DNA of 64,000 bases from an uncultured Christensenella sp. (GTDB taxonomy: Bacteria > Bacillota > Clostridia > Christensenellales > UBA3700), in NCBI GenBank assembly GCA_910579785.1, contig CAJTVJ010000003.1:3702-67701 (forward strand), read 5' to 3'. Positions 47,287 to 56,272 of this stretch are shown here, piece by piece; positions within the stretch are counted from its first letter, which is position 1, and each line of letters begins with the position of its first letter. The notes beneath the pieces were generated by a model that did not search any database, was not told the DNA's origin, and saw only the letters and a program-made list of their open reading frames with translations. The position numbers and the translations under genes were made by a program.

Positions 47287-47315
47287 ATTATATCCAATCG
47301 GTTGGAGAAAATCAA
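47287..47315 (-). promoter_or_regulatory. Leaderless-geometry promoter of the SDR gene
   Basis: On the minus strand: TTGATT, 17-nt spacer, TATAAT. The -10 ends 6 nt before the ATG at 47280 and there is no SD. Confidence 0.6.
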
Positions 47316-47330
47316 CTTTTGCTGTATACT
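47302..47330 (+). promoter_or_regulatory. Leaderless-geometry promoter of the helicase gene
   Basis: TTGGAG, 17-nt spacer, TATACT. The -10 ends 6 nt before the ATG at 47337 and there is no SD. It interdigitates with the SDR promoter. Confidence 0.5.
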
Positions 47331-47336
47331 TAAAAT

Positions 47337-49013
47337 ATGGATAATAATTTTAAAGACAATACAACATGGGATTTGCCTGTCGAAGTACTAAAAGGTTTGG
47401 AAGAGCAAGGCGTAGTAGAACCCACCGACATACAAAGAGAAGTGATACCTATCGCTCTTGGGCATGGAGATATCGTAGCTCAGGCTCCCACCGGCACGGG
47501 TAAGACGCTGGCATTCGTCCTGCCCATGCTTGCAAAGATAGATAGGGATTCTTCAAAAGTTCAGGCGCTTGTACTTTGCCCGACGAGAGAACTTGTCATT
47601 CAGATATGCGAGGTAATACAAAATGCCTGCAAATATTACGAGCGCGTCAGAGTCGCTGGACTTTACGGCGGTCAGAATATTCAAAGACAATTATTTTGTC
47701 TTAGGAAAAAACCTCAGATAGTCGTCGGCACTCCCGGCAGACTTTTAGACCATATCGACAGGCGCACGTTGAAATTGAGCGACGTCAATTATTTTGTGCT
47801 TGACGAGTGCGACGAGATGCTTGATATGGGATTTAGAGGCGATATCGAAAAGATAGACGCCAATATATCCAAGTCCTGCCAACGGCTGTGCTTTTCGGCT
47901 ACGATACCCAAGGCAATAAAGGGACTTATAGAAAAACTGCTCAAAACCCCTGCATACGTCAAGACGAGTTTGGACGGAGAGGATACGCCTAAGATAAAAC
48001 AGTATTACAGTATTATCAAGGATTCCCAAAGGGTGGGCGCGCTGCTCAAAGTCATTGACGAAAATTCATATAAATTTGTCATAGCATTTTGTAATACCAA
48101 GACGAGAGCCGACAAACTTTTTGCCGCGCTTAAAGCAAAGGGAAGACGCGTCGCGATGTTGCACGGAGATTTGAGACAGAGCGAGCGTACGCAGATACTC
48201 AAAAGATTTAAGGCAAGGGAATTGGATATACTTGTCGCGACTGACGTGGCGTCGCGCGGCATAGATATAGACGGAGTGGAAGCAATATTCAACTTTGATC
48301 CGCCGACAGACGAAGACTTTTACGTTCACCGTATCGGTAGGACTGCAAGGGCAAGCAAGGACGGCACTGCTTATACCTTTATAGATTCCAATCAAGTGGG
48401 ATATATACCGAGTTATCAGCGCAAAGTCGGCAATGCTTTGGAGTTTATCGACTTAGGTGTTATCTCCGACAGCTTTACTCTGCCGAAAGACGGATCAAAC
48501 AAACTCAAAGACGTGCACGACAATCAAAGCAGGTTTTTCCTCAACGTGGGCAAGCGCGACTTGCTTGACAAGGACAGCTTGGTCAAACTGTTGATCAAAT
48601 TTACGCCTCTCAAAATCTATGATATTGCAGACGTAAAGATAAGAGACACATATTCTTTTGTGTCTGTCATAAAGGGAAAAGAGGGAGGAATATTCAAGCT
48701 CAAAGGCACCGTGCTCGGCAAGAGAGAAGTGACTGTGCAAGAGGCAAAGGAAGAAGAAAAACCAGCCTACAAAGATAAAAGCGCACCTAGCGGCGTTAAG
48801 CAAAAGGATAGGACATTTGATAAAAATGGCAAGAAGCCGAGACCTGCCGATAAAAATTCAAAAGCGCGCTCAGACAAGGCAGGCAAGGCAAAAAATGGCG
48901 GAGCGAAGAAGGATAAAAAATCTCAGCCCAAGTCGCGCAAAGGCAAACTCAGCGCAATGTTTGAAGACGAACTCAATAATTCTTATAAGATAAATAATAA
49001 TCGCAGAAAGTAA
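47337..49013 (+). CDS. DEAD-box (DECD) RNA helicase with a DbpA-like C-terminal domain and a K-rich tail
   Basis: PTDIQ (Q motif), AQAPTGTGKT, DECD, SAT and HRIGRTAR motifs. Confidence 0.92.
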   Translation: MDNNFKDNTTWDLPVEVLKGLEEQGVVEPTDIQREVIPIALGHGDIVAQAPTGTGKTLAFVLPMLAKIDRDSSKVQALVLCPTRELVIQICEVIQNACKYYERVRVAGLYGGQNIQRQLFCLRKKPQIVVGTPGRLLDHIDRRTLKLSDVNYFVLDECDEMLDMGFRGDIEKIDANISKSCQRLCFSATIPKAIKGLIEKLLKTPAYVKTSLDGEDTPKIKQYYSIIKDSQRVGALLKVIDENSYKFVIAFCNTKTRADKLFAALKAKGRRVAMLHGDLRQSERTQILKRFKARELDILVATDVASRGIDIDGVEAIFNFDPPTDEDFYVHRIGRTARASKDGTAYTFIDSNQVGYIPSYQRKVGNALEFIDLGVISDSFTLPKDGSNKLKDVHDNQSRFFLNVGKRDLLDKDSLVKLLIKFTPLKIYDIADVKIRDTYSFVSVIKGKEGGIFKLKGTVLGKREVTVQEAKEEEKPAYKDKSAPSGVKQKDRTFDKNGKKPRPADKNSKARSDKAGKAKNGGAKKDKKSQPKSRKGKLSAMFEDELNNSYKINNNRRK

Positions 49014-49032
49014 ATACAACTACTGTATAACT

Positions 49033-49066
49033 AAAAAACTCCGACTGATAAAAGTCGGAGTTTTTC
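49033..49066. terminator. Bidirectional terminator between the helicase and the pot operon
   Basis: AAAAACTCCGACT-gataaa-AGTCGGAGTTTTT. Confidence 0.85.
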
Positions 49067-49081
49067 ATTATCTGCAAGCCG

Positions 49082-50431
49082 TTACGCTTTGACGTTTCGC
49101 CACATTCTGTTCATTGCCCGAGTTTGCTCGCCGTAATCTTTCATTACCGCGCAGCGTTTGATTATTTCAAGGGAAGGGAACTGAGCTTCAAAGGCGTTAA
49201 AGTCTTCTTCCGATACGTATATGACAGGATCAAATTCGCTGTCCTTTCCAAAGAAGTGCGACATATCCACAAAGAACTCAGTCTCTTCTTCGCTTGCCCA
49301 ATTTTCAACTATATAATCATATACTTCCTGACAAATCACTCCCGACGTATAACCTATATAATCCATGTTTTCCACTGCAATATCGCCTCTGCACATAAAG
49401 TTTATCCAAAGGTTGGCGGCGTCAGTGTTGCGCGCATACTTGGGGATACACCAAGCGTCGCTGAATAAATTCGATCCTTCGTATGGCACGAAATAAGACA
49501 TATCTCTTTCTTTCGACAGCTCTTCTTGCAAATATCCCATTGCGTATACTGCGTCGCCCGCCCATTGCAGAGTAAGGTCGATTCCGCCTTGTATTATCAC
49601 CTCTTTGCCTTCGTCATTCTCATAACCGCTGAGCAAAGCCTTTTGAGCTATCAATTTCTTTTCGATTTTCGCCACGTTGGTCGGGTCGGTAGCATTAAGC
49701 GCAAGCTCAGGCGTCATTGTCGGCAGAAGCATATCCGAACGCTCGTTGAGCAGGGTATATATCGCTCCTATCGCATAGGTATCGCGCACGGAATTTTTCA
49801 TCATTATCTTTTGGTCATACGCCTTATCCCACATCACAGCCCAGCCGTTGGCTTCTACGTATTCCTGCATTGAAGAGTATTTGCCGTAATTTGACTTTTG
49901 GTATGCGGTAGAGTCGTTGGCATAGAGAATGCCGAGTGTGCCCATCGTGTAGGTGCGGCTGTATACGTTGTATTCGCCGCTTTCCTCGTCATAGTCGTAA
50001 TCAAAGTAATATCCGTCTTTTGCATCGCCGGAGAGAAGTAAAGGAGATATATTGTCTCTGTAATCTTCGATTTCGCCGTAGCCCATGTCGCTTAGATTTT
50101 TCTCCAATTTCAAAAGCAACTTTTCCTTCACCATTTTTTCCACCATATAATCTGACGGGCATATGACGTCGTAATCGGCTTTTGTCGTCTTTATTTGCGA
50201 ATACATCATTTCGTTTTCATCAAAGAGATCGTATTTGACGGTGATACTTCTGCCCGTGATCTCTTGATAATATTCCTCAAATTTTTCTATAACGTCTTCG
50301 CCGATATACTCAGACCAATTATATACCTTTAATATCTCGTTTCTCGGTTGGCATCCGCACAGCAAAAGCGGAAGCGCGAGCGAAATAACTATGGCAAGCA
50401 GTATAGCTGCCGAAAATAACTTTTTCTTCAT
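49082..50431 (-). CDS. potD: Polyamine-type ABC substrate-binding lipoprotein
   Basis: LLLCGC lipobox; PotD/PotF-like and last gene of a potABCD-ordered operon. At 449 aa it is longer than the ~350 aa I recall for PotD. Confidence 0.7.
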   Translation of the reverse strand: MKKKLFSAAILLAIVISLALPLLLCGCQPRNEILKVYNWSEYIGEDVIEKFEEYYQEITGRSITVKYDLFDENEMMYSQIKTTKADYDVICPSDYMVEKMVKEKLLLKLEKNLSDMGYGEIEDYRDNISPLLLSGDAKDGYYFDYDYDEESGEYNVYSRTYTMGTLGILYANDSTAYQKSNYGKYSSMQEYVEANGWAVMWDKAYDQKIMMKNSVRDTYAIGAIYTLLNERSDMLLPTMTPELALNATDPTNVAKIEKKLIAQKALLSGYENDEGKEVIIQGGIDLTLQWAGDAVYAMGYLQEELSKERDMSYFVPYEGSNLFSDAWCIPKYARNTDAANLWINFMCRGDIAVENMDYIGYTSGVICQEVYDYIVENWASEEETEFFVDMSHFFGKDSEFDPVIYVSEEDFNAFEAQFPSLEIIKRCAVMKDYGEQTRAMNRMWRNVKA

Positions 50432-50447
50432 TTCTTCCTCCTTTGCG

Positions 50448-51272
50448 TCAGTGTTTTTCCTTTGCCGTCTTTGGTTTATACAGTATCATCATCAGCGCGA
50501 AGACGATAAAGAATATTATCGTAAACAATGCGCGTATATCTGCCGGCAGCGGATGCTTGCCGTTTTTCAATCCGTAGAGCAGTGTCGACAGCGTCTCAAA
50601 AGACGTCACGTTGACCTTGGTGATTACGAAGTCGTCTATCGACAGCGTAAACGAAAGCAGCGCGCCGACCACAACTCCCGGCAGTATGTCGGGGAGTACG
50701 ACTTTGAACATGGCTTTTGCAGGCGTGCAGCCCAGATCCAACGCGGCTTCGTAAATCTTATTGTCGCTCTTTTGCAATCTAGGCAAGACGTTGAGAAGTA
50801 CGTACGGCGCGCAGAAGGTCGTCTGCGCAAGTATTAGTTTGAGCGCGGTCACGCCCCAGCTTCCGTCGTTGATTCTAAACATCGACGCAAAGATATTGAA
50901 TACCAGCGCCAATGCGATAGCGGTGACTATTTCGCTGTTGAGCAGCGGTATTTGATTGACGGTGCTGTAAGTCGCTTTGATACGCTTGTTGTGCATCGCG
51001 TGCAGTCCGATCGCGCCCAACGTGCCGAGCACTGTCGACAGCAAACTTACAAAAAAGCCTACGAAGAGCGTGTTGACAAGCGCCTCCTGTATCTTGTCGG
51101 CATTTGGGCCGTTGCCGCTAAACAGATTGATATAGTTGTTGAAAGAAAATCCGCTCCAATCGCTGAAAGAAGGCGTTTCGGTGAATGAAAAGACTATCAT
51201 CCATACGATAGGCAGATACAATATGATAAGTATGATACTTATAAAGGTTTTGACAAGTATTTTTCTCAGCAT
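50448..51272 (-). CDS. potC: ABC permease (PotC-like)
   Basis: 6 TM helices and an EAA-loop region (EAALDLGCTPAKAMFKVVLP). Confidence 0.8.
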   Translation of the reverse strand: MLRKILVKTFISIILIILYLPIVWMIVFSFTETPSFSDWSGFSFNNYINLFSGNGPNADKIQEALVNTLFVGFFVSLLSTVLGTLGAIGLHAMHNKRIKATYSTVNQIPLLNSEIVTAIALALVFNIFASMFRINDGSWGVTALKLILAQTTFCAPYVLLNVLPRLQKSDNKIYEAALDLGCTPAKAMFKVVLPDILPGVVVGALLSFTLSIDDFVITKVNVTSFETLSTLLYGLKNGKHPLPADIRALFTIIFFIVFALMMILYKPKTAKEKH

Positions 51273-52042
51273 ATTCCGCCTCCTTTGCTGCCGCCGTCAG
51301 CATATTTGTTGGATATAAACATCGATATACCCATAAATATCAACAGTACGAAAGATATAGCCGCCGCCATATTGAGACTGTCTGCTTTGAGCGAATATAT
51401 AAAGTCGCCGAGCAACATCATTTTGCCGTTGCTCATTATCTCTGTGACGGCAAAAGTCGTGATAGACGGTATCAGCACCATTGTCAGACCGCTTATTATT
51501 CCCGGCATTGAGAGAGGCAGCGTTATTTTCCAAAAGGCTCTTGTAGGAGTCGCGCCGAGGTCGCTCGCGCCTTCGATATAGCTCTTGTCGATTTTGAGTA
51601 TGGTGTTGTAAAGCGGCATTATCATAAAGGGAAGATACTCATACGTCAATCCGAATATCACCGCGCCCATACCCATTTTAAAGCCGAGTACGTTGAACAC
51701 CGCTTTGGTCGCCATCATACGCAAGAGGAAGTTGACCCACATCGGCGCAAGGAAAAGACCTATCATGACGCCTTTGCGGTTGAATTCCGGTTTGGTCAGG
51801 AAATATGCGATTGGGTAGCCTATCAAAAGACATAGCGCGCTTGTCGAAAGTCCCGCGATAAGCGAGTTGGATATGACTTTGCCAAGAGCCTGTTCTTTTG
51901 CAAGTTCCTTAAAATTCGCTATCATATCAAAAGAGCCGTCGCTCGCGTCTATAAATGCAAAGACAAGCACAAGCGCAAGCGGAAGCAGTACGAAGAGCGC
52001 CATAAAGAGCGCGTAGGGGATAGCCATACATTTTTTAAACAT
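51266..52042 (-). CDS. potB: ABC permease (PotB-like)
   Basis: 6 TM helices and an EAA loop ([20 protein letters not shown]). Confidence 0.8.
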   Translation of the reverse strand: MFKKCMAIPYALFMALFVLLPLALVLVFAFIDASDGSFDMIANFKELAKEQALGKVISNSLIAGLSTSALCLLIGYPIAYFLTKPEFNRKGVMIGLFLAPMWVNFLLRMMATKAVFNVLGFKMGMGAVIFGLTYEYLPFMIMPLYNTILKIDKSYIEGASDLGATPTRAFWKITLPLSMPGIISGLTMVLIPSITTFAVTEIMSNGKMMLLGDFIYSLKADSLNMAAAISFVLLIFMGISMFISNKYADGGSKGGGIC

Positions 52043-53804
52043 TTTCGTCCCCCTTTACGTCTTCATTTTTGGCAGATATGCCGTCGCCGTCAGTCTTGAT
52101 GTCGGCGGCTTCTTCTTTTACTATCTCGAATTTATCCGGGTCTATCTTTATGCCGACTCTGTCGCCCTTATCCCACAGGTATTCCGTATCGGCGTAAATG
52201 TGGTGATTGTCGTCAGTCTTGATGTCGACGATATAGTTTTTGCCCTTATAGATCATGCTGTCGACGTTGCCTGCAAGCGGAGCGGCGTACTCATCGTCCG
52301 TCATATCTACGTCTGCAAAGCCAAACCTTATCTTTGCGCTGCTGCCTTTGAGCGCTGTCTCAACGCCGTCGATAGTGAGTATATCCTGGTCGGCGTCGTA
52401 GGAGCAGTCCTTCCAAAGCGCAGTCGGGGTAAAGTCGTATGTGCCGCCGTACATATCGAACGTGGTATTGGACGTAAAGGTAACTTCGACGGTGTTGTCG
52501 ACGTGTTCTTTGTGCATTATCTGAATATTTTCAGGCGCGACATACAGCCCCACTTCCTTGCCTATCGGCGCTTCGATAGTACTGTGTATGATAAATTCAA
52601 ATCCGTTGCACTCGCACATCATCTCGTAGTGTACGCCTCTGAACATACTCGACTTTATCACTCCGGTAATGATACCTTTTTCCTTTGATTTTACTTCGAT
52701 ATCTTCGGGACGTATGACGATATCCACCGGTTTATTTTGTCCAAATCCTGCGTCTACACAGGCAAATTCCGTGCCGACTATGTTTACCTTATAATCATCT
52801 ATCATGATTCCGTCAAGTATGTTGGATTCGCCGATAAAGTCGGCTACGTATGCGGTGAGAGGCTCGTTGTAGATATCTATCGGAGTACCTTCTTGGCATA
52901 TCACGCCGTCTTTCATAACTACGACGGTGTCGCTCATCGTCAACGCCTCTTCCTGATCGTGCGTTACGTAGATAAATGTTATTCCCAAAGTCTTGTGCAT
53001 TTCTTTGAGTTCAATTTGCATTTCTTGGCGCATTTTGAGGTCAAGAGCGCCCAAAGGCTCGTCGAGTAGCAGCACTTTCGGCTCGTTGACGATAGCTCTT
53101 GCTATTGCAACTCTCTGTTGCTGTCCGCCGGATAGCGAGTTGACGTCTCTCGTCTCATAGTCGCTGAGTCCGACGATTTTGAGCGCACGGCGTACCTTTT
53201 CGTCAATATAATATTTATATCCGTTGACTTCTTTTTGCACGCGGCCCTTTTTGGTCATCTTGTTGACGTATTTCTTTATCTTTTTGAGCTTGACGTATCC
53301 CTTTTCAACATAAGAATAATAGTCCTTTGCCGCGATAGAGAAGTCGGGCTTTCCCGTGTTAGGGTCGACGAGGAAGTCTTTGAGCTTGACTTGCTTTACG
53401 CCTGCTTCGCCGTTAGCCTTTTGATAATTGACCTCTATCCTTTTGAGTTTGAGACCGAATGCAATGTTGTTGAATACGTTGAGGTGTGGGAACAGCGCAT
53501 ACTTTTGAAAGACCGTATTGACGGGGCGTTTGTGCGGAGGAAGTTTTGCGATATCTTCGCCGCCGAAGAGCACCTTGCCTTGCGTGGGTATTTCAAATCC
53601 CGCAATCATTCTCAAAGTCGTCGTCTTTCCGCAGCCGCTAGGTCCCAAGAATGTGACGAATTCTCCCTTTTTGATATTGAGATTTATGTCGTTGACAACG
53701 CACTTGTTGCCGTATTGCTTAGTAAGTCCTTTGAGTTGAATTATGTATTCGCTTTCTTCTATTTTTGCGTTTTTCTTTTGCTTTGCCTTATCTTTATTAT
53801 CCAT
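52035..53804 (-). CDS. potA: Polyamine-type ABC ATPase (PotA-like) with a ~70-aa insertion and a ~155-aa C-terminal extension
   Basis: [24 protein letters not shown] and a TOBE-like region. Length is 589 aa. Confidence 0.85.
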   Translation of the reverse strand: MDNKDKAKQKKNAKIEESEYIIQLKGLTKQYGNKCVVNDINLNIKKGEFVTFLGPSGCGKTTTLRMIAGFEIPTQGKVLFGGEDIAKLPPHKRPVNTVFQKYALFPHLNVFNNIAFGLKLKRIEVNYQKANGEAGVKQVKLKDFLVDPNTGKPDFSIAAKDYYSYVEKGYVKLKKIKKYVNKMTKKGRVQKEVNGYKYYIDEKVRRALKIVGLSDYETRDVNSLSGGQQQRVAIARAIVNEPKVLLLDEPLGALDLKMRQEMQIELKEMHKTLGITFIYVTHDQEEALTMSDTVVVMKDGVICQEGTPIDIYNEPLTAYVADFIGESNILDGIMIDDYKVNIVGTEFACVDAGFGQNKPVDIVIRPEDIEVKSKEKGIITGVIKSSMFRGVHYEMMCECNGFEFIIHSTIEAPIGKEVGLYVAPENIQIMHKEHVDNTVEVTFTSNTTFDMYGGTYDFTPTALWKDCSYDADQDILTIDGVETALKGSSAKIRFGFADVDMTDDEYAAPLAGNVDSMIYKGKNYIVDIKTDDNHHIYADTEYLWDKGDRVGIKIDPDKFEIVKEEAADIKTDGDGISAKNEDVKGDENV

Positions 53805-53819
53805 TGTGATCTCCTGCTA

Positions 53820-54353
53820 TCAGAATGTGGGTGGGCTTGATACCCAAAGTATTTTTGTTACTTCCTGTGTGTCGTTTTCTATATAATGTCGTTTTTTACT
53901 TGTGAAATAAAATGAATTACCTGCGTCTATCCTATATGATTTTTTGCCCAGGTGCAGCACCGCGCTGCCTTGAAGTACGTATCCGAATTCCTCGCCTTCG
54001 TGCGGCATATCCTCGGTCGTGCTAATACTCGGTTGAAGAGTCAGCAGTATCGGCTCCATCTCGTTTTTCAAAGAATTGGGGACGAGCCACGTTATCAATT
54101 CTCCCTCGTCCTGTTTTTCAAAAAAGTCGTTTTCAGTGAATACTATCTGTTCGTCGACTTCTTCGTTAAAAAATGATTTGAGGTCGCTTCCCAACACCGC
54201 AAGTATATCCATCAGCGTAGTTATCGAGGGGGACGTGAGATTGTTTTCAAGTTGGGATATATATCCCTTTGTCAATTCGCACCTGTCCGCAAGCTCTTCC
54301 TGAGTGAGTCCGCATTGCAGTCGCAGTCGTTTTATCTTTACTCCAAGATCCAT
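53820..54353 (-). CDS. XRE-HTH / cupin transcriptional regulator (PuuR-like architecture)
   Basis: N-terminal LRLQCGLTQEELADRCELTKGYISQLE and a C-terminal cupin. It lies 15 nt upstream of potA. Confidence 0.85.
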   Translation of the reverse strand: MDLGVKIKRLRLQCGLTQEELADRCELTKGYISQLENNLTSPSITTLMDILAVLGSDLKSFFNEEVDEQIVFTENDFFEKQDEGELITWLVPNSLKNEMEPILLTLQPSISTTEDMPHEGEEFGYVLQGSAVLHLGKKSYRIDAGNSFYFTSKKRHYIENDTQEVTKILWVSSPPTF

Positions 54354-54405
54354 TTTATTCTCCTCTGACTTTGCTCTGATTTGCGGTGGCGAGAGCGAAA
54401 AAGTC

Positions 54406-54422
54406 GGTTTAGTAATTCTAAA
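54406..54422. promoter_or_regulatory. Palindromic 17-mer operator candidate, site 1
   Basis: GTTTAGTAATTCTAAAC. Confidence 0.5.
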
Positions 54423-54458
54423 CTATTTTTTTATTAGGTTTTGTTAAGATAAACAAAA

Positions 54459-54475
54459 AGTTTAGAATTATTAAA
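54459..54475. promoter_or_regulatory. Palindromic 17-mer operator candidate, site 2
   Basis: GTTTAGAATTATTAAAC. It equals the reverse complement of site 1 with one mismatch; the centres are 53 bp apart. Confidence 0.5.
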
Positions 54476-54684
54476 CAAGTTGATTATAGTGGATATGTAT
54501 TTCATTGTCAAATAATATGATGGTATTTTTTGAAAATTTTTAATGAATATATATCAAGAAGTTTTCGATAGGTTTTTGATGGGATTTTCAAGGCGCTTTG
54601 CCGTAAATATAAATATATTAAATGTATAGACAAAGGCAAATAAGTGTGATAAAATAAATTCATTAAGACAACGGATATATTTAT

Positions 54685-56268
54685 ATGAAAGATAAGCAAC
54701 AAAAGGACAATAAATACAAATATAAATTTTCTAGAATGAGAGCGTTGTTGATCACACTGCTGGGAGTGCTGATGATATCTGTGATAATAGGCACGTCTTT
54801 CGGTTTATATGCGGTCGGCGTCAATTTTGCAATGACGGAGATCACGCTTGATAAGGATATAGTATTTCAGACAATGGAGGGTTTCGGCGCGTCGTCGGCA
54901 TGGACGTATCAAGCTCTCGGACTTCATGAGGACGAAAAGTTAAAAGACAATGCCATGCACATGCTATACGGCGAGAGCGGACTTGCGCTCAGCAATTTCA
55001 GATACAATATAGGCGCCGGCGGAGCAGAGAGCGGCGGTTATAAGGATACGTTGCGAGGCGCGCAGTCTTTCTTTATGGCGGACAGATTTAACGGCGATTA
55101 TTCGGTATTTGCCGACGTCGACAACTATGACTTTACAAAAGACAGCGGAGTAATTGACCTATTTGAAAGGGCGCTTGCGCTGAACAATATAAAAGAGATA
55201 GTCTTTTTTGCCAATTCTCCGCATTATCTTATGACAAAGAACGGCAAGACGCACGCGAATGAGAAAGGCAAGAGTAATTTAAAAGAAGAGTGTTATGACG
55301 CTTTTGCAGATTATCTGCTTGTCATCACTCAATATCTGTATGAGAATATCGTAAAGAAGTATGACGGCAATATAGAGATTCATATTTCTCCCGTCAACGA
55401 GCCTCAATGGGATTGGGGCGGAGCAGGCGCGTCGCAAGAGGGCTGTCACTACGAGCCAAATGAACTTGCTAAATTTTACGACGTATTTTATAACAAGCTG
55501 ACGGCGCACAACGAAAAGTATTCGACTCAATTCAAGATGGATATATTTGAAAGCGGCAATTATAAGTTCAACGAACGTAAAGCTAAGTTAAGAGACTATC
55601 TCAACGCGTTTAGACAGTACGAATGGTTTGAAGGGATAGACAGCATATCTGTGCATTCTTACGACGCTGAGTTGGATACCAACTTGCGCAGGACATTCCG
55701 CAATTACGTCAGAAGTAATTGCGAGGGAAAGAGGATAGTTATGAGCGAAGTCTGCGTACAGAAAGAAGGCGTAGACAACGGCATAGACATGGGCGTCTAT
55801 TCGGCAAGAATGATAATGAGAGATTTGAATTGGCTTGACGTCACGTCTTGGAATTATTGGCTGTCGGTATCGGTATATAATTATGAAGACGGACTTATTT
55901 ATTGGGATCAATCCAATTCTTTGTCTGTGACAAAAAGATACTACACGATGGGACACTTTACCAAGTTTATTCCGCAGGGAAGTATGCGTATTAAATCCAG
56001 ATACAGCGATTCTTTCGGCATCAACGGAATAAACTACGTCGCGTTTTTAAGACCTGACGGCAGTATTGTTATCGTCGTCGTCAACAACAGCAAAAATAGC
56101 AGACAGATAAAAGTGCGCGGCGCGTACGACGACGTAAGAGAGACGTTGACTACCGCGGACGTAAATTGGCAATCGCAGGAATATCAATACGGCGGATACC
56201 TGAGCGTGCCGGCAAAGTCGGTCGTGACATATGAATTTATGCCGCCGTTAGAGAACGTGGAGGAGTGA
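54685..56268 (+). CDS. Glycoside hydrolase family 30-like protein, N-terminal membrane anchor
   Basis: GFGASSAW, SPVNEPQW (acid/base Glu) and MSEVC (candidate nucleophile Glu) motifs. Confidence 0.65.
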   Translation: MKDKQQKDNKYKYKFSRMRALLITLLGVLMISVIIGTSFGLYAVGVNFAMTEITLDKDIVFQTMEGFGASSAWTYQALGLHEDEKLKDNAMHMLYGESGLALSNFRYNIGAGGAESGGYKDTLRGAQSFFMADRFNGDYSVFADVDNYDFTKDSGVIDLFERALALNNIKEIVFFANSPHYLMTKNGKTHANEKGKSNLKEECYDAFADYLLVITQYLYENIVKKYDGNIEIHISPVNEPQWDWGGAGASQEGCHYEPNELAKFYDVFYNKLTAHNEKYSTQFKMDIFESGNYKFNERKAKLRDYLNAFRQYEWFEGIDSISVHSYDAELDTNLRRTFRNYVRSNCEGKRIVMSEVCVQKEGVDNGIDMGVYSARMIMRDLNWLDVTSWNYWLSVSVYNYEDGLIYWDQSNSLSVTKRYYTMGHFTKFIPQGSMRIKSRYSDSFGINGINYVAFLRPDGSIVIVVVNNSKNSRQIKVRGAYDDVRETLTTADVNWQSQEYQYGGYLSVPAKSVVTYEFMPPLENVEE

Positions 56269-56272
56269 TATA

